From a virus (Duplodnaviria; Caudoviricetes), in IMG/VR virus record IMGVR_UViG_3300031466_000001, positions 148,289 to 212,288 of that record: 64,000 bases of DNA, one strand, 5' to 3'. Positions within the stretch are counted from its first letter, which is position 1; every line of letters starts with the position of its first letter. Below are positions 15,897-24,901 of the stretch, one piece after another. Under the pieces are notes generated by a model, which had not been told where the DNA came from, made no database searches, and saw only the letters and a list, made by a program, of their open reading frames with translations. Made by a program: the position numbers and the translations under genes.

Positions 15897-18020
15897 TTGG
15901 AAGAGCTTTATTTTCACGAATTGCTACGACAAGGCGTTTCAGTAAATATTCTAAATAATAAATTTATTGCTACAGATGACAATGTGGAGCCGGCTAGTTC
16001 ATATAAATTGCCTAACTATGGCTATAGTGTTTCATTCTCTCCCGATGGTCAATATATAGCTGTAGGACATGTTGGTTCTCCTCGTTTTACTTTACTAAAA
16101 AGAAATGGAGATAATGTAGAATTAGCTAGTACTTATACATTATCCGATACTGGACGCTCTATCTCATTCTCTCCCGATGGTCAATATATAGCTATAGGAC
16201 ATAGCGGTTCTCCTGGTTTTACTTTACTAAAAAGAAATGGAGATAATGTAGAACTAGCTACTAAATATACATTACCTGATGTTGGATATGGTACGGCATT
16301 CTCTCCCGATGGTCAATATATAGCTGTGGGACATAATGGTTCTCCTTATTTTACTCTATTAAAAAGAAATGGAGATAATGTAGAACTAGCTAGTACTTAT
16401 ACATTATCCGCTACTGGACGTTCTGTCTCATTCTCTCCCGATGGTCAATATATAGCTGTAGCACATGCTGGTTCTCCTCGTTTTACTTTACTAAAAAGAA
16501 ATGGAGATAATGTAGAACTAGCTAGTACTTATACATTACCTAGTGATAGCTTTGATGCATCATTCTCTCCTGATGGTCAATATATAGCTGTAGCACATTA
16601 TGTTTCTCCTCATTTTACTCTATTAAAAAGAAATGGAGATAATGTAGAACTAGCTAGTACTTATACATTACCTAGTACTGGCTTGGGTGTATCATTCTCT
16701 CCCGATGGTCGATATATAGCTGTAGCACATTATGGTTCTCCTTATTTTACTTTACTAAAAAGAAATGGAGATAATGTAGAACTAGCTAGTACTTATACAT
16801 TACCTAGTGTCGCCATGGATGTATCATTCTCTCCCGATGGTCAATATATAGCTGTAGGATATATTAATTCTCCTCCTTATTTTACTCTATTAAAAAGAAA
16901 TGGAGTACAAGAAGCCATCGAAATTAAAACTAAAGTAAATGTTATTAAAGAAATTGATGGTCAGTTAGAAGAGGTTAAAGGTAATAAGATATTTAGAGAT
17001 GTAAAAGAATTAGTTTATAAGAATAATTATGAAAAAGTATTACTAGCTAGTACTTATACATTACCTTTTACTAGCTTGGATGTATCATTCTCTCCCGATG
17101 GTCAATATATAGCTGTAGAACATAATAGTTCTCCTTATTTTACTTTACTAAAAAGAAATGGAGATAATGTAGAACTAGCTAGTACTTATACATTACCTGG
17201 TGGTGCCGAAGGTATATCATTCTCTCCCGATGGCAAATATATAGCTGTAGCACATTATGGTTCTCCTTATTTTACTTTACTAAAAAGAAATGGAGATAAT
17301 GTAGAATTAGCTAGTACTTATACATTATCTGACGGTGGCTATGGTGTATCATTCTCTCCCGATGGTCAATATATAGCTGTAGGACATCATGGTTCTCCTT
17401 ATTTTACTCTATTAAAAAGAAATGGAGATAATGTAGAACTAGCTAGTAATTATACATTACCTAGTAATGGCTTGGGTGTATCATTTTCTCCCGATGGTCA
17501 ATATATAGCTGTAGGATATAATGGTTTTCCTTATTTTACTTTACTAAAAAGAAATGGAGATAATGTAGAATTAGCTAGTACTTATACATTACCTGGTACT
17601 AGCTATGGTGTATCATTCTCTCCCGATGGTCAATATATAGCAGTGGGACATTTTGGTTCTCCTTATTTTACTCTATTAAAAAGAAATGGAGATAATGTAG
17701 AATTAGCTAGTACTTATACATTACCTGGTAATGCCGAAGATGTATCATTCTCTCCCGATGGTCAATATATAGCTGTAGGACATTGGGGTTCTCCTTGTTT
17801 TACTCTATTAAAAAGAAATGGAGATAATGTAGAACTAGCTAGTAATTATACATTACCTGGTACTAGCTATGGTGTATCATTCTCTCCCGATGGTCAATAT
17901 ATAGCAGTGGGACATAGCGATTCTCCTTATTTTACCCTATTAAAAGCAGGAGGAACTTTTTCATCACAAAATCCTATTATTATAAAATATAGAGATGTCG
18001 AATACGAACTTGTGTGGTAA
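15897..18020 (+). CDS. double 7-bladed WD40-like beta-propeller protein B (putative receptor-binding protein)
   Basis: Same 14-repeat architecture and near-identical inter-propeller linker as protein A; AAGGAGG RBS, TTG start. Confidence 0.85.
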   Translation: MEELYFHELLRQGVSVNILNNKFIATDDNVEPASSYKLPNYGYSVSFSPDGQYIAVGHVGSPRFTLLKRNGDNVELASTYTLSDTGRSISFSPDGQYIAIGHSGSPGFTLLKRNGDNVELATKYTLPDVGYGTAFSPDGQYIAVGHNGSPYFTLLKRNGDNVELASTYTLSATGRSVSFSPDGQYIAVAHAGSPRFTLLKRNGDNVELASTYTLPSDSFDASFSPDGQYIAVAHYVSPHFTLLKRNGDNVELASTYTLPSTGLGVSFSPDGRYIAVAHYGSPYFTLLKRNGDNVELASTYTLPSVAMDVSFSPDGQYIAVGYINSPPYFTLLKRNGVQEAIEIKTKVNVIKEIDGQLEEVKGNKIFRDVKELVYKNNYEKVLLASTYTLPFTSLDVSFSPDGQYIAVEHNSSPYFTLLKRNGDNVELASTYTLPGGAEGISFSPDGKYIAVAHYGSPYFTLLKRNGDNVELASTYTLSDGGYGVSFSPDGQYIAVGHHGSPYFTLLKRNGDNVELASNYTLPSNGLGVSFSPDGQYIAVGYNGFPYFTLLKRNGDNVELASTYTLPGTSYGVSFSPDGQYIAVGHFGSPYFTLLKRNGDNVELASTYTLPGNAEDVSFSPDGQYIAVGHWGSPCFTLLKRNGDNVELASNYTLPGTSYGVSFSPDGQYIAVGHSDSPYFTLLKAGGTFSSQNPIIIKYRDVEYELVW
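15978..17945 (+). repeat. array of 14 near-identical 132-bp repeats
   Basis: As in gene A; repeat 7 carries a one-codon insertion (SPPYF). Confidence 0.97.
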
Positions 18021-18097
18021 AAAAATACTACATCTACATTTTAATAAATAAATTATAAAAAAACATCTATTAAAATCTAAATGGGAGGTATACATTT

Positions 18098-18397
18098 ATG
18101 CCAATCGTAAGTGGTGAACAAATCGCCCCTGATAAAATCCGGGTGAGGTCGATAACTTATACAACGAACACTCCACCGAACGACAATTGGTATTCGGTTC
18201 CATCAGTACCCGAATGGCCAGAGGTTGAAATCGGGAAGCGACCTGAGATGTATTTTAATCCACAGACAAAGGAGTTCAGCTTTGAGATTGTTGATGCTCC
18301 TTTGACTCCGGAACAAGAAAAAGATCTCGAAATTCAACGTCTGAACCAGCTTCTTGACGATGCTACAAGCTTATTATTAGAAAACGAGGTGTTGTAA
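18098..18397 (+). CDS. tail-fibre accessory/chaperone-like protein
   Basis: PEWPEVEIGKRPEMYFNPQTKEFSFE...PLTPEQE coiled-coil pattern typical of small genes after Bacillota phage fibres; GGGAGG RBS. Confidence 0.65.
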   Translation: MPIVSGEQIAPDKIRVRSITYTTNTPPNDNWYSVPSVPEWPEVEIGKRPEMYFNPQTKEFSFEIVDAPLTPEQEKDLEIQRLNQLLDDATSLLLENEVL

Positions 18398-18398
18398 T

Positions 18399-18530
18399 AT
18401 GAGCGGAATTGATCAAAGAAAGCTTAATCTTTACAAGTGGATGCTGGAAAAGGGTAAAATTCAGTACAACGAAATTCCAGAGAATTATCGTAGCCAGATC
18501 AATCCTCCGCAGGAACAGTCTGAGGAGTAA
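18399..18530 (+). CDS. small tail-associated protein (CD1375/XkdX-like, 43 aa)
   Basis: Manual ORF MSGIDQRKLNLYKWMLEKGKIQYNEIPENYRSQI..., GAGGTG RBS, ends just before the terminator. Confidence 0.65.
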   Translation: MSGIDQRKLNLYKWMLEKGKIQYNEIPENYRSQINPPQEQSEE

Positions 18531-18535
18531 TAAAC

Positions 18536-18569
18536 AAACGCTGCAAGGAACTATCCTTGCAGCGTTTTT
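18536..18569. terminator. bidirectional terminator between the tail module and ppk
   Basis: AAACGCTGCAAGGA-ACTA-TCCTTGCAGCGTTT followed by TT. Confidence 0.75.
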
Positions 18570-18606
18570 ACTGCTTTTTTCACAAAAAAATAAAGAGCAA
18601 GAGGTG

Positions 18607-20736
18607 TTATTTCCTCTTGCTCTTCAGAGACATAATCGGCATACTGCGTAATTTGAAACTCTTGACAGCCTGCTCCATAAAATACTCTTGGACATTGAAT
18701 GGAACAGGACTTTTCAAAAGTTCGTACTGATTGTCTTTATTGAGAATGTAGGTGTTGAATGTGTCGCGGAAATACATTTTCAAAATAGACAAGAGTTTAT
18801 TTCTGGAATTTTCGTCCGTAATCGGAACCAGAAGTTCAACCCGTCTGTCCAAATTCCGCGTCAACATATCAGCACTTGAAATGAAAATATCTGACTTTCC
18901 ATTATTGTAGAAGAAGTAAATTCTACTATGCTCTAGAAATCTACCAACAACACTCTTGATGCTGATGTTCGAATTGATTTTCTTCATCGAGCATATACCT
19001 CTACAGATAATGGATATCTTGACACCCTGCTCAGAGGCCTCATACAGCTTCTTGATAATACCCAGATCAGAAAGGGAGTTAAGCTTCAACGTAATGAAAG
19101 CTTGTCTACCCTTTTGAGCATTCTCGATCTCTCGATCGATAAGCTGATACAATCTCAATCTCAGATTGTACGGAGCATAGAAAATTTTGCTCACTTCGTC
19201 TCTGGGATCGGAGAAACCTGACAAGACATTAAATATCGTCAACAGGTCATCCGCTATTTTGCTGCTGGATGTGAAGTAGGAAATATCGGTATAGATTGAC
19301 GCAGTCTTGTCGTTGTAATTTCCTGTACCGATATGGCAATACGTTTTGAGATTTTTCTTTCCTTTCCTCACAACCAATATAAATTTACAATGTGTTTTCA
19401 ACTCCTCAATACCATAGATCAATTTACAGCCGGATACTTTTAGTTTTTCTATCAACGACATATTTCTATTCTCATCAAACCTTGCTTTAATTTCGAGAAG
19501 AACACTTACCTGCTTTCCTCTTTCAGCAGCCCTACACAACGCCTCGACAATCGGGGACTCCGCAGAAGATACTCTATACAGAGTCAATTTGATTGCCAAG
19601 ACATCATTATCCTCGGCCGCATGTTCGAGGAATTTGATAACCGGTGTGAACGACTCGTAAGGGTGATGAAGAATGAGATCGCCGTTGTCGATAGCAGTAA
19701 ACATATCGTGCTCGCCGATCAGATCTTCTGGATACTGAGGGTTGAACGGGTCGTACTCGTAAGCCGCATTTCTTATCGGCTTACTTAAGAGAAACGACAT
19801 GTCTACGATGTTTTCACATTTAAACACTTGCCTCTTGTCAATGTCGAAGATTTTGGTCAGAAGTTTGAGGGTTTCCTTAGGAACATCACTGTCGATATCC
19901 ATGAAGATGGGTTTACTAAACTCCCGTTTAATGAGAGTTTCCCTCATTCGGTCGACAATATAAATATCCCGTCTTCCCTCAATTTCAATATCCGCCTCAC
20001 GAATGATTCTCATACATCCCCTATAGATGATACTCTTGTTGATAAATACCTTGTGGAGAAAATTAAAGATAATATCCTCCAACAAGATATATCGTTCTTC
20101 ATCGCTCTCGTCAGTCTCAATCTTGTACAAACGATCAAGACCATGGAGTGGGATGATGGACATTACATTCAGATTTGGATTTTTCTTGTCCCCTAGAGAA
20201 GCTATTATGCATAGCTGCTTAGATTTAATAAGGGGAAATTCTTTGGTTGAGTCAAAGGTGATCGGGGTCAGCAACGGATAAATGTTTCTTTCGAAAAGCT
20301 TTCTTACATAATCAACTTCCTTTTCACTGAGATGCTTGAACTTACAAATCGTGAAATTGTTTTTACGCAGTTTCTTTCTCAGTTTTTCAAAGCTTTCTTG
20401 CTGGATTTCTTTGAAAGAAATAATTTCCCGGAGCAAGAGTTCATATTCTTGCTCCGGGAGAAGACCAGCAATATCCGTTTCTGTATACCCCAATCTGAGT
20501 TTATTAAGGATAGATGAAAATCTAACCATAATAAACTCATCCAGGTTCGATTCCGTGATACCCAAGAACTTAAGTCTCTCCAAAAGAGGAACCTCAGTTC
20601 TCATAGTTTGATGGAGAACCCTTTTATTGAACTCCATCCAACTCAATTCACGATTCATATAGAATCCTGGATTATTAAACTTTGACCTAATCCTATCTCT
20701 TTCAACGTCGAAGAGATCACTAAGATTGTTAGTCAT
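18607..20736 (-). CDS. ppk1: polyphosphate kinase 1
   Basis: NRELSWxxFNxRVL, NLDEFxMVR, LHHPYESF (autophosphorylated His), ELKARFDE-like, HIGTGNYN, GRFLEHSRI, SADMLTRNLDRRVE; full length, 709 aa. Confidence 0.95.
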   Translation of the reverse strand: MTNNLSDLFDVERDRIRSKFNNPGFYMNRELSWMEFNKRVLHQTMRTEVPLLERLKFLGITESNLDEFIMVRFSSILNKLRLGYTETDIAGLLPEQEYELLLREIISFKEIQQESFEKLRKKLRKNNFTICKFKHLSEKEVDYVRKLFERNIYPLLTPITFDSTKEFPLIKSKQLCIIASLGDKKNPNLNVMSIIPLHGLDRLYKIETDESDEERYILLEDIIFNFLHKVFINKSIIYRGCMRIIREADIEIEGRRDIYIVDRMRETLIKREFSKPIFMDIDSDVPKETLKLLTKIFDIDKRQVFKCENIVDMSFLLSKPIRNAAYEYDPFNPQYPEDLIGEHDMFTAIDNGDLILHHPYESFTPVIKFLEHAAEDNDVLAIKLTLYRVSSAESPIVEALCRAAERGKQVSVLLEIKARFDENRNMSLIEKLKVSGCKLIYGIEELKTHCKFILVVRKGKKNLKTYCHIGTGNYNDKTASIYTDISYFTSSSKIADDLLTIFNVLSGFSDPRDEVSKIFYAPYNLRLRLYQLIDREIENAQKGRQAFITLKLNSLSDLGIIKKLYEASEQGVKISIICRGICSMKKINSNISIKSVVGRFLEHSRIYFFYNNGKSDIFISSADMLTRNLDRRVELLVPITDENSRNKLLSILKMYFRDTFNTYILNKDNQYELLKSPVPFNVQEYFMEQAVKSFKLRSMPIMSLKSKRK

Positions 20737-20775
20737 TATTTTTTACCTCCACAAGGTTCGAATCTTATTACGCTA

Positions 20776-20785
20776 ATAATATATA
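20776..20785 (-). promoter_or_regulatory. putative early phage promoter TATATATTAT
   Basis: One of 12 exact copies, all upstream of - strand operons (see findings). Confidence 0.6.
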
Positions 20786-20808
20786 TTTTAACCTACTTTT
20801 ATTATTTA

Positions 20809-21438
20809 TTACCAATATGCTATTTCATTTCTCCACTCAGGAAATTCTTCGGTTAAAATTCTTTCTGCCTCCATACATAATCCTTCGTAGAGTTTATCCA
20901 TCATTGTGTCCCAATTAAATACCAATGTTTGTACTTCATCATATGGAAGAATTTTCGCTATATCAATCTCAAAAGACGTCTCAATTGACTTTTTACCAGC
21001 ATCAGTAAAATGCATAATGACTCTAGGGATAGCACCATCTTTCCGTATAATTTCCAACTGATAATTAAACCTTTTAAGAAATTTTATGCTGTTTTCTTTT
21101 GTGTTGATTTCAGCCCTAATTCTTCCAAAAGCATCAACCAATTCCTCAGTATGTTTACCAGTTTTAACATGAATCCATCTTTCAGGTAATAGCACTTCGG
21201 CAGTCTTATTATTTAAGGAAAGCACTTTAAAATCGTTCATTATTAATATAGTAAAAAATCTCTCATTTGCTGGTTGACTAGGAATTACAGTTTTAAAGTT
21301 CAATATATGCCTATTCTCCATTCTATTGAAAGCAATCTCATAACTGCCCAATATTTTAAGAGTTTCTTCTTTCATAGTTTTTATACCTCCAATTTCCATT
21401 TGGAAAAATAAAAAAAAAATAGATATGTATTCACTCAT
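20809..21438 (-). CDS. hypothetical protein (paralog of 21456..22010); likely start 21375
   Basis: Shares LPxxW...DxxGRxR and the C-terminal (F/Y)PxWxNxxxYW with its neighbour. Confidence 0.7.
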   Translation of the reverse strand: MSEYISIFFLFFQMEIGGIKTMKEETLKILGSYEIAFNRMENRHILNFKTVIPSQPANERFFTILIMNDFKVLSLNNKTAEVLLPERWIHVKTGKHTEELVDAFGRIRAEINTKENSIKFLKRFNYQLEIIRKDGAIPRVIMHFTDAGKKSIETSFEIDIAKILPYDEVQTLVFNWDTMMDKLYEGLCMEAERILTEEFPEWRNEIAYW

Positions 21439-21455
21439 ACATATCTAACTAATTA

Positions 21456-22010
21456 TTATTTCCAATATTTTAATGGATTTTTCCAATTGGGATATTTTAC
21501 ATTCATTATACCCTCCGCGTGTATCTTAAGGGAATTCATGAAATTTGCTCCTCTGTTGGCATTAATATTATACGAATATGCTTTAAAATTGATAAGATCA
21601 TTAAGGGAAATAGACTCTAAGCAAGTATTGTTATCACAATTTATACTAATGATTTTCATCATAATATTAGTAGGTTCCACTGTTTTTCTATCTTTATCAT
21701 AAGTGTAATCTACTATGATTCTATAGCTATAGTATGGTAAAATCTTTACCTGACGTCTTTTATGCTCAATGAGTAATCTCGGTCTACCTTCATTATCTAA
21801 AATACAATCCTCATAATCAGTGATTTTGCTATATGTCCACCCGTCGGGAAGACCCAAATATACACCCAAGTTATATTTACCAAGTACATTAAAACCATTG
21901 TCGATGATAAATTTATCAAATGACCCAGAATCTACGACCATTTCATCTGAGCCAAATATTATGTAGTTAGGTATATTTATCCTTTGTTCGTCTCCTGATA
22001 AAGTATTCAT
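21456..22010 (-). CDS. hypothetical protein (paralog of 20809..21438)
   Basis: LPDGW...DNEGRPR...YPNWKNPLKYW; GGAG RBS. Confidence 0.7.
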   Translation of the reverse strand: MNTLSGDEQRINIPNYIIFGSDEMVVDSGSFDKFIIDNGFNVLGKYNLGVYLGLPDGWTYSKITDYEDCILDNEGRPRLLIEHKRRQVKILPYYSYRIIVDYTYDKDRKTVEPTNIMMKIISINCDNNTCLESISLNDLINFKAYSYNINANRGANFMNSLKIHAEGIMNVKYPNWKNPLKYWK

Positions 22011-22109
22011 GAAGCGCTATCTCCTTCCGGAAAATACCCTATTAGTTTTCTGTAATTTAAAAAATAAAAATATACGTGCTAGCTTATGGACGCGCTAGCA
22101 CGTATATTT

Positions 22110-23387
22110 TTATTTTTCTTCGTCGATCTTGTGAATCCTGGCAATTAAATCATTGATAAGGAAAAGATTAATATACATCAACATCCTATAGGTAGACACT
22201 GTGTTAGTCTTATTTACAGTAAGGATGAGATTTTCGTAATCAAAACTGTAGTCGGTTTCATTATCAAGAACATCATTATCTTTGAAAACAAAAACTTTTA
22301 TAAGTGAATCCATAGAAATACCTTGTTTAAGATAATATTTAATGCAATTCTTAATTCCATCATTGATTAAATGTGAAACATCCAACGTGTCGGGAGTTCT
22401 ATTTGTCGAAACCTTAAATAGTGGTGCAATATAGAGCTCCCACCCCGCAGGAGGTTCGACTAGATTGTAAAGATTATTTATAGTGAAAATGGGAATGATC
22501 TTATTGTCGTTCTCAATATCGAATTCAATTTGCTCAATAATATCCTTTCTTTCAGTAAAGAAATAATACAAACCGGATGTATTGAATTCAGTGGTAACGG
22601 TGAAATTAATTGCATAGGAGTCGGCAACAAATCCCCTCTTAGATCCATCATCCATAGAAAGACCGGTGAACATAGCATCGACTGTAGCAGGATAATATCT
22701 GAAAAACTCATCATTTCCTGTAGAATTCTTCATCTTATAGGTAAGAGGATATAAAGAGCATTTATTGAAATAGTCCAAAATGGATTTAATATCATCTCTA
22801 TCTATTCCGGCAACACATGCCACACCTTTGATCAAATTTCTATGGATGTTACTTTCGAGAAATGTATTTATATAGAATGGATGCTCATGCCTTATCACGT
22901 TTTTCAAATAAAAATATTGATTAATTTGTTCCATTTGCTGTTCAACTATAATTGTACAATCAAAATTCATTCTCATACGATTCATTAAGAATTTAATATG
23001 AGTATTATTGTCTTTATCTTCAAAGAATGGTTGCAGGTTTCCATAATCCAAGTCAATATAATTATCGGTTATTCTAGATGTAAGGAGGGTTCCTGCAAGA
23101 AAAGCATCATCATTAGATTCAATTCTAGGTCTTACAATAAGCATTGGTTTTCTTCTCTTAATAAATTCTTTATTGGTGTTATCGAAAATATTGAAATATC
23201 TAAACGCTGCTGTCGAGGATATGTTCACCGTATTGAAATAGTTCTTAGGAAATAATTTTTTAATATATTCCGTTATAAAAGCGGTCATATTGCCGAATGT
23301 ATGAGCAAGTGACATGTGAGCTACCGCTATCTCCATTTCGATCACTCCTTTTAAATATTGTTTTTGTGAGTTAAAAGAAAAAAACAA
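22110..23387 (-). CDS. conserved jumbo-phage protein, probably virion structural; likely start 23336
   Basis: Long ORF, AAGGAGTG RBS before MEIAVAH. Confidence 0.65.
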   Translation of the reverse strand: MFFSFNSQKQYLKGVIEMEIAVAHMSLAHTFGNMTAFITEYIKKLFPKNYFNTVNISSTAAFRYFNIFDNTNKEFIKRRKPMLIVRPRIESNDDAFLAGTLLTSRITDNYIDLDYGNLQPFFEDKDNNTHIKFLMNRMRMNFDCTIIVEQQMEQINQYFYLKNVIRHEHPFYINTFLESNIHRNLIKGVACVAGIDRDDIKSILDYFNKCSLYPLTYKMKNSTGNDEFFRYYPATVDAMFTGLSMDDGSKRGFVADSYAINFTVTTEFNTSGLYYFFTERKDIIEQIEFDIENDNKIIPIFTINNLYNLVEPPAGWELYIAPLFKVSTNRTPDTLDVSHLINDGIKNCIKYYLKQGISMDSLIKVFVFKDNDVLDNETDYSFDYENLILTVNKTNTVSTYRMLMYINLFLINDLIARIHKIDEEK

Positions 23388-23417
23388 ACCTTACCCATCA
23401 GGTAAGGTTTGTTTATC

Positions 23418-23978
23418 TTATTTAAAGAATTGAACGATACCTTTCTCTGTCATAATGCCTCCAATACGCATACCAAAGTGATCCTTTTTCATGATGACCA
23501 CTTCAAATCCAGCCTCTTCCAGCGTCTGTAAAGCTTTAGGATGAGCCAATCCCTGATAAGTGAAAATTGCTTCGCAGCATAAGTCATTCAATTCACCATC
23601 AGGATCTTCGATGAGATTGGCTTTGGAGACGATATTATCATCTGTTTCAATTTCTTTCAGCCGCCTGATAAGATTTTGGACTTTTTCGGCTTTATAATAC
23701 AATAGTTCTATAGCGAGATTGAATGGGACTCTAGCTATAGCCCTAACACCGATTGAATACAAATATCTGAAAATTTCTTCTCGTTGGGTCGAAGTTGTAT
23801 CGAACGTTTTGTTAACATGAATGCCACCATAGAAGATAGAATCTAAATTTTCTCTGCGATGGCTTTGCAATTCTTCGAGAACGAATATTCCATTCTCATC
23901 ATTATATTCAATGAGTATAAAAGCTCCCTTAAAACGATCTTTATAATAAATAGGTTTTTCAATTTTAATAATTCCCAT
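23418..23978 (-). CDS. hypothetical protein
   Basis: 186 aa, AGGAGG RBS, early motif at 24025-24034. Confidence 0.7.
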   Translation of the reverse strand: MGIIKIEKPIYYKDRFKGAFILIEYNDENGIFVLEELQSHRRENLDSIFYGGIHVNKTFDTTSTQREEIFRYLYSIGVRAIARVPFNLAIELLYYKAEKVQNLIRRLKEIETDDNIVSKANLIEDPDGELNDLCCEAIFTYQGLAHPKALQTLEEAGFEVVIMKKDHFGMRIGGIMTEKGIVQFFK

Positions 23979-24065
23979 GAAGATTTTCCTCCTAAGAATT
24001 TATTTATTATTGATATTCACGTTTATAATATATATTTTTATAAACTAAATTTACAAAAAAACACT

Positions 24066-24097
24066 AAAAAAATCACTAACGCTTCAACGTTAGTGAT
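24066..24097 (-). terminator. intrinsic terminator downstream of the putative ncRNA
   Basis: Minus strand: ATCACTAACG-TTGAAG-CGTTAGTGAT followed by a T-run. Confidence 0.8.
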
Positions 24098-24110
24098 CAA
24101 AGTTTTAATC

Positions 24111-24304
24111 GACCAGGCGGCCACCGGAAACCGTCCATCGCGCCCGTCTATGCGCACGAGGTCGCAGCAAAAATAGCCGTCAGGAAAGCGGGTCGCAGGG
24201 CAGCGACCGATCCCCGCTAACCCAGACAGCTCCGGGAAGTGCCGCAATACCGCATGAGGGCTTCGCTCGGCCATCCGCCGAAACACCCGGTGACCGTCCT
24301 GGTT
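24111..24304 (-). ncRNA. structured rod-like ncRNA, ~194 nt (6S-RNA-like size; family unassigned)
   Basis: 65% GC island (117/180 nt counted over 24121-24300). Nested stems ACCAGG(A)CGGUCACCGG/CCGGUGGCCGCCUGGU, GCCC/GGGC, AUGCG/CGCAU, GCGGCA/UGCUGC, GCUGUC/GACGGC, AGCG/CGCU, GGUCGC/GCGACC. Internal G-U pairs favour the minus strand; a terminator follows. Confidence 0.7.
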
Positions 24305-24316
24305 ACTAAATAGTTC

Positions 24317-24358
24317 CATAAATAATAAAAAAATTATATAATTTTTTTATTATTTATG
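24317..24358. repeat. 42-bp perfect AT-rich palindrome
   Basis: CATAAATAATAAAAAAATTATATAATTTTTTTATTATTTATG is its own reverse complement. Confidence 0.9.
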
Positions 24359-24881
24359 AAGTTTTTTGTGCTTGATATTTTCTATAATAGTCATCTTTAG
24401 TATACAGGGTATCCATAAACTTTCCATCTCTCCAAAACTCAACACCTTCGCATCCGGTTCTACTTTCATAGATATCGAAAGCACTATCGATATCCGGGCC
24501 ATTATATAAAACAACAGCCTCACCACGCGAAGATCTGAAGACAAGGAAGAGATCGTTTGCTTTAACATCCATTTTTGTTTTGAGGAACTCTTTTGCCATC
24601 ATATCACGTGCATCCAGTATCTGCTTCTTGATCCTGAATGCATAAAAATCTTTGTCATCGTAAAGATTAATAAATTTTGTGCGTTCTCTTTCTTCTTTAT
24701 TTTGCATCAGATCGATATAGACAATCGAATCCGTATCGATCACAAACCACTTGTCATTGGGATATTTGAATCTGAGATACAGGGACCAGAACTCATTGTG
24801 GCTCTGATCATGAAGATAGCAAACTTTCCTCGTCTTGGAGTAAAGGGCATAGATTTTATACATGTTTGCCATGTTTATCAT
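24354..24881 (-). CDS. hypothetical protein
   Basis: C-terminal YNGxD...A...W.xxK domain shared with 24902..25621. Confidence 0.7.
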   Translation of the reverse strand: MINMANMYKIYALYSKTRKVCYLHDQSHNEFWSLYLRFKYPNDKWFVIDTDSIVYIDLMQNKEERERTKFINLYDDKDFYAFRIKKQILDARDMMAKEFLKTKMDVKANDLFLVFRSSRGEAVVLYNGPDIDSAFDIYESRTGCEGVEFWRDGKFMDTLYTKDDYYRKYQAQKTS

Positions 24882-24901
24882 CTTCCCTTCATTAAAAATA
24901 G

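Noticed and set aside
13538-17945. CRISPR array interpretation of the regular repeats
   Set aside because: The period is 132 bp, in frame within long ORFs, and the variable parts are a few codons rather than unique spacers; no cas operon is present.
13445-18020. Classical DGR
   Set aside because: No reverse transcriptase, avd or non-coding template repeat in the window, and scaffold adenines between the variable patches are invariant. Kept only as a low-probability alternative.
18409-18651. 80-aa ORF from the track
   Set aside because: It crosses the terminator and overlaps ppk1; the RBS-led 43-aa ORF at 18399..18530 is the better gene.
24038-24319. 93-aa ORF over the GC island
   Set aside because: No RBS, it runs through an intrinsic terminator, and its composition is better explained by RNA structure.
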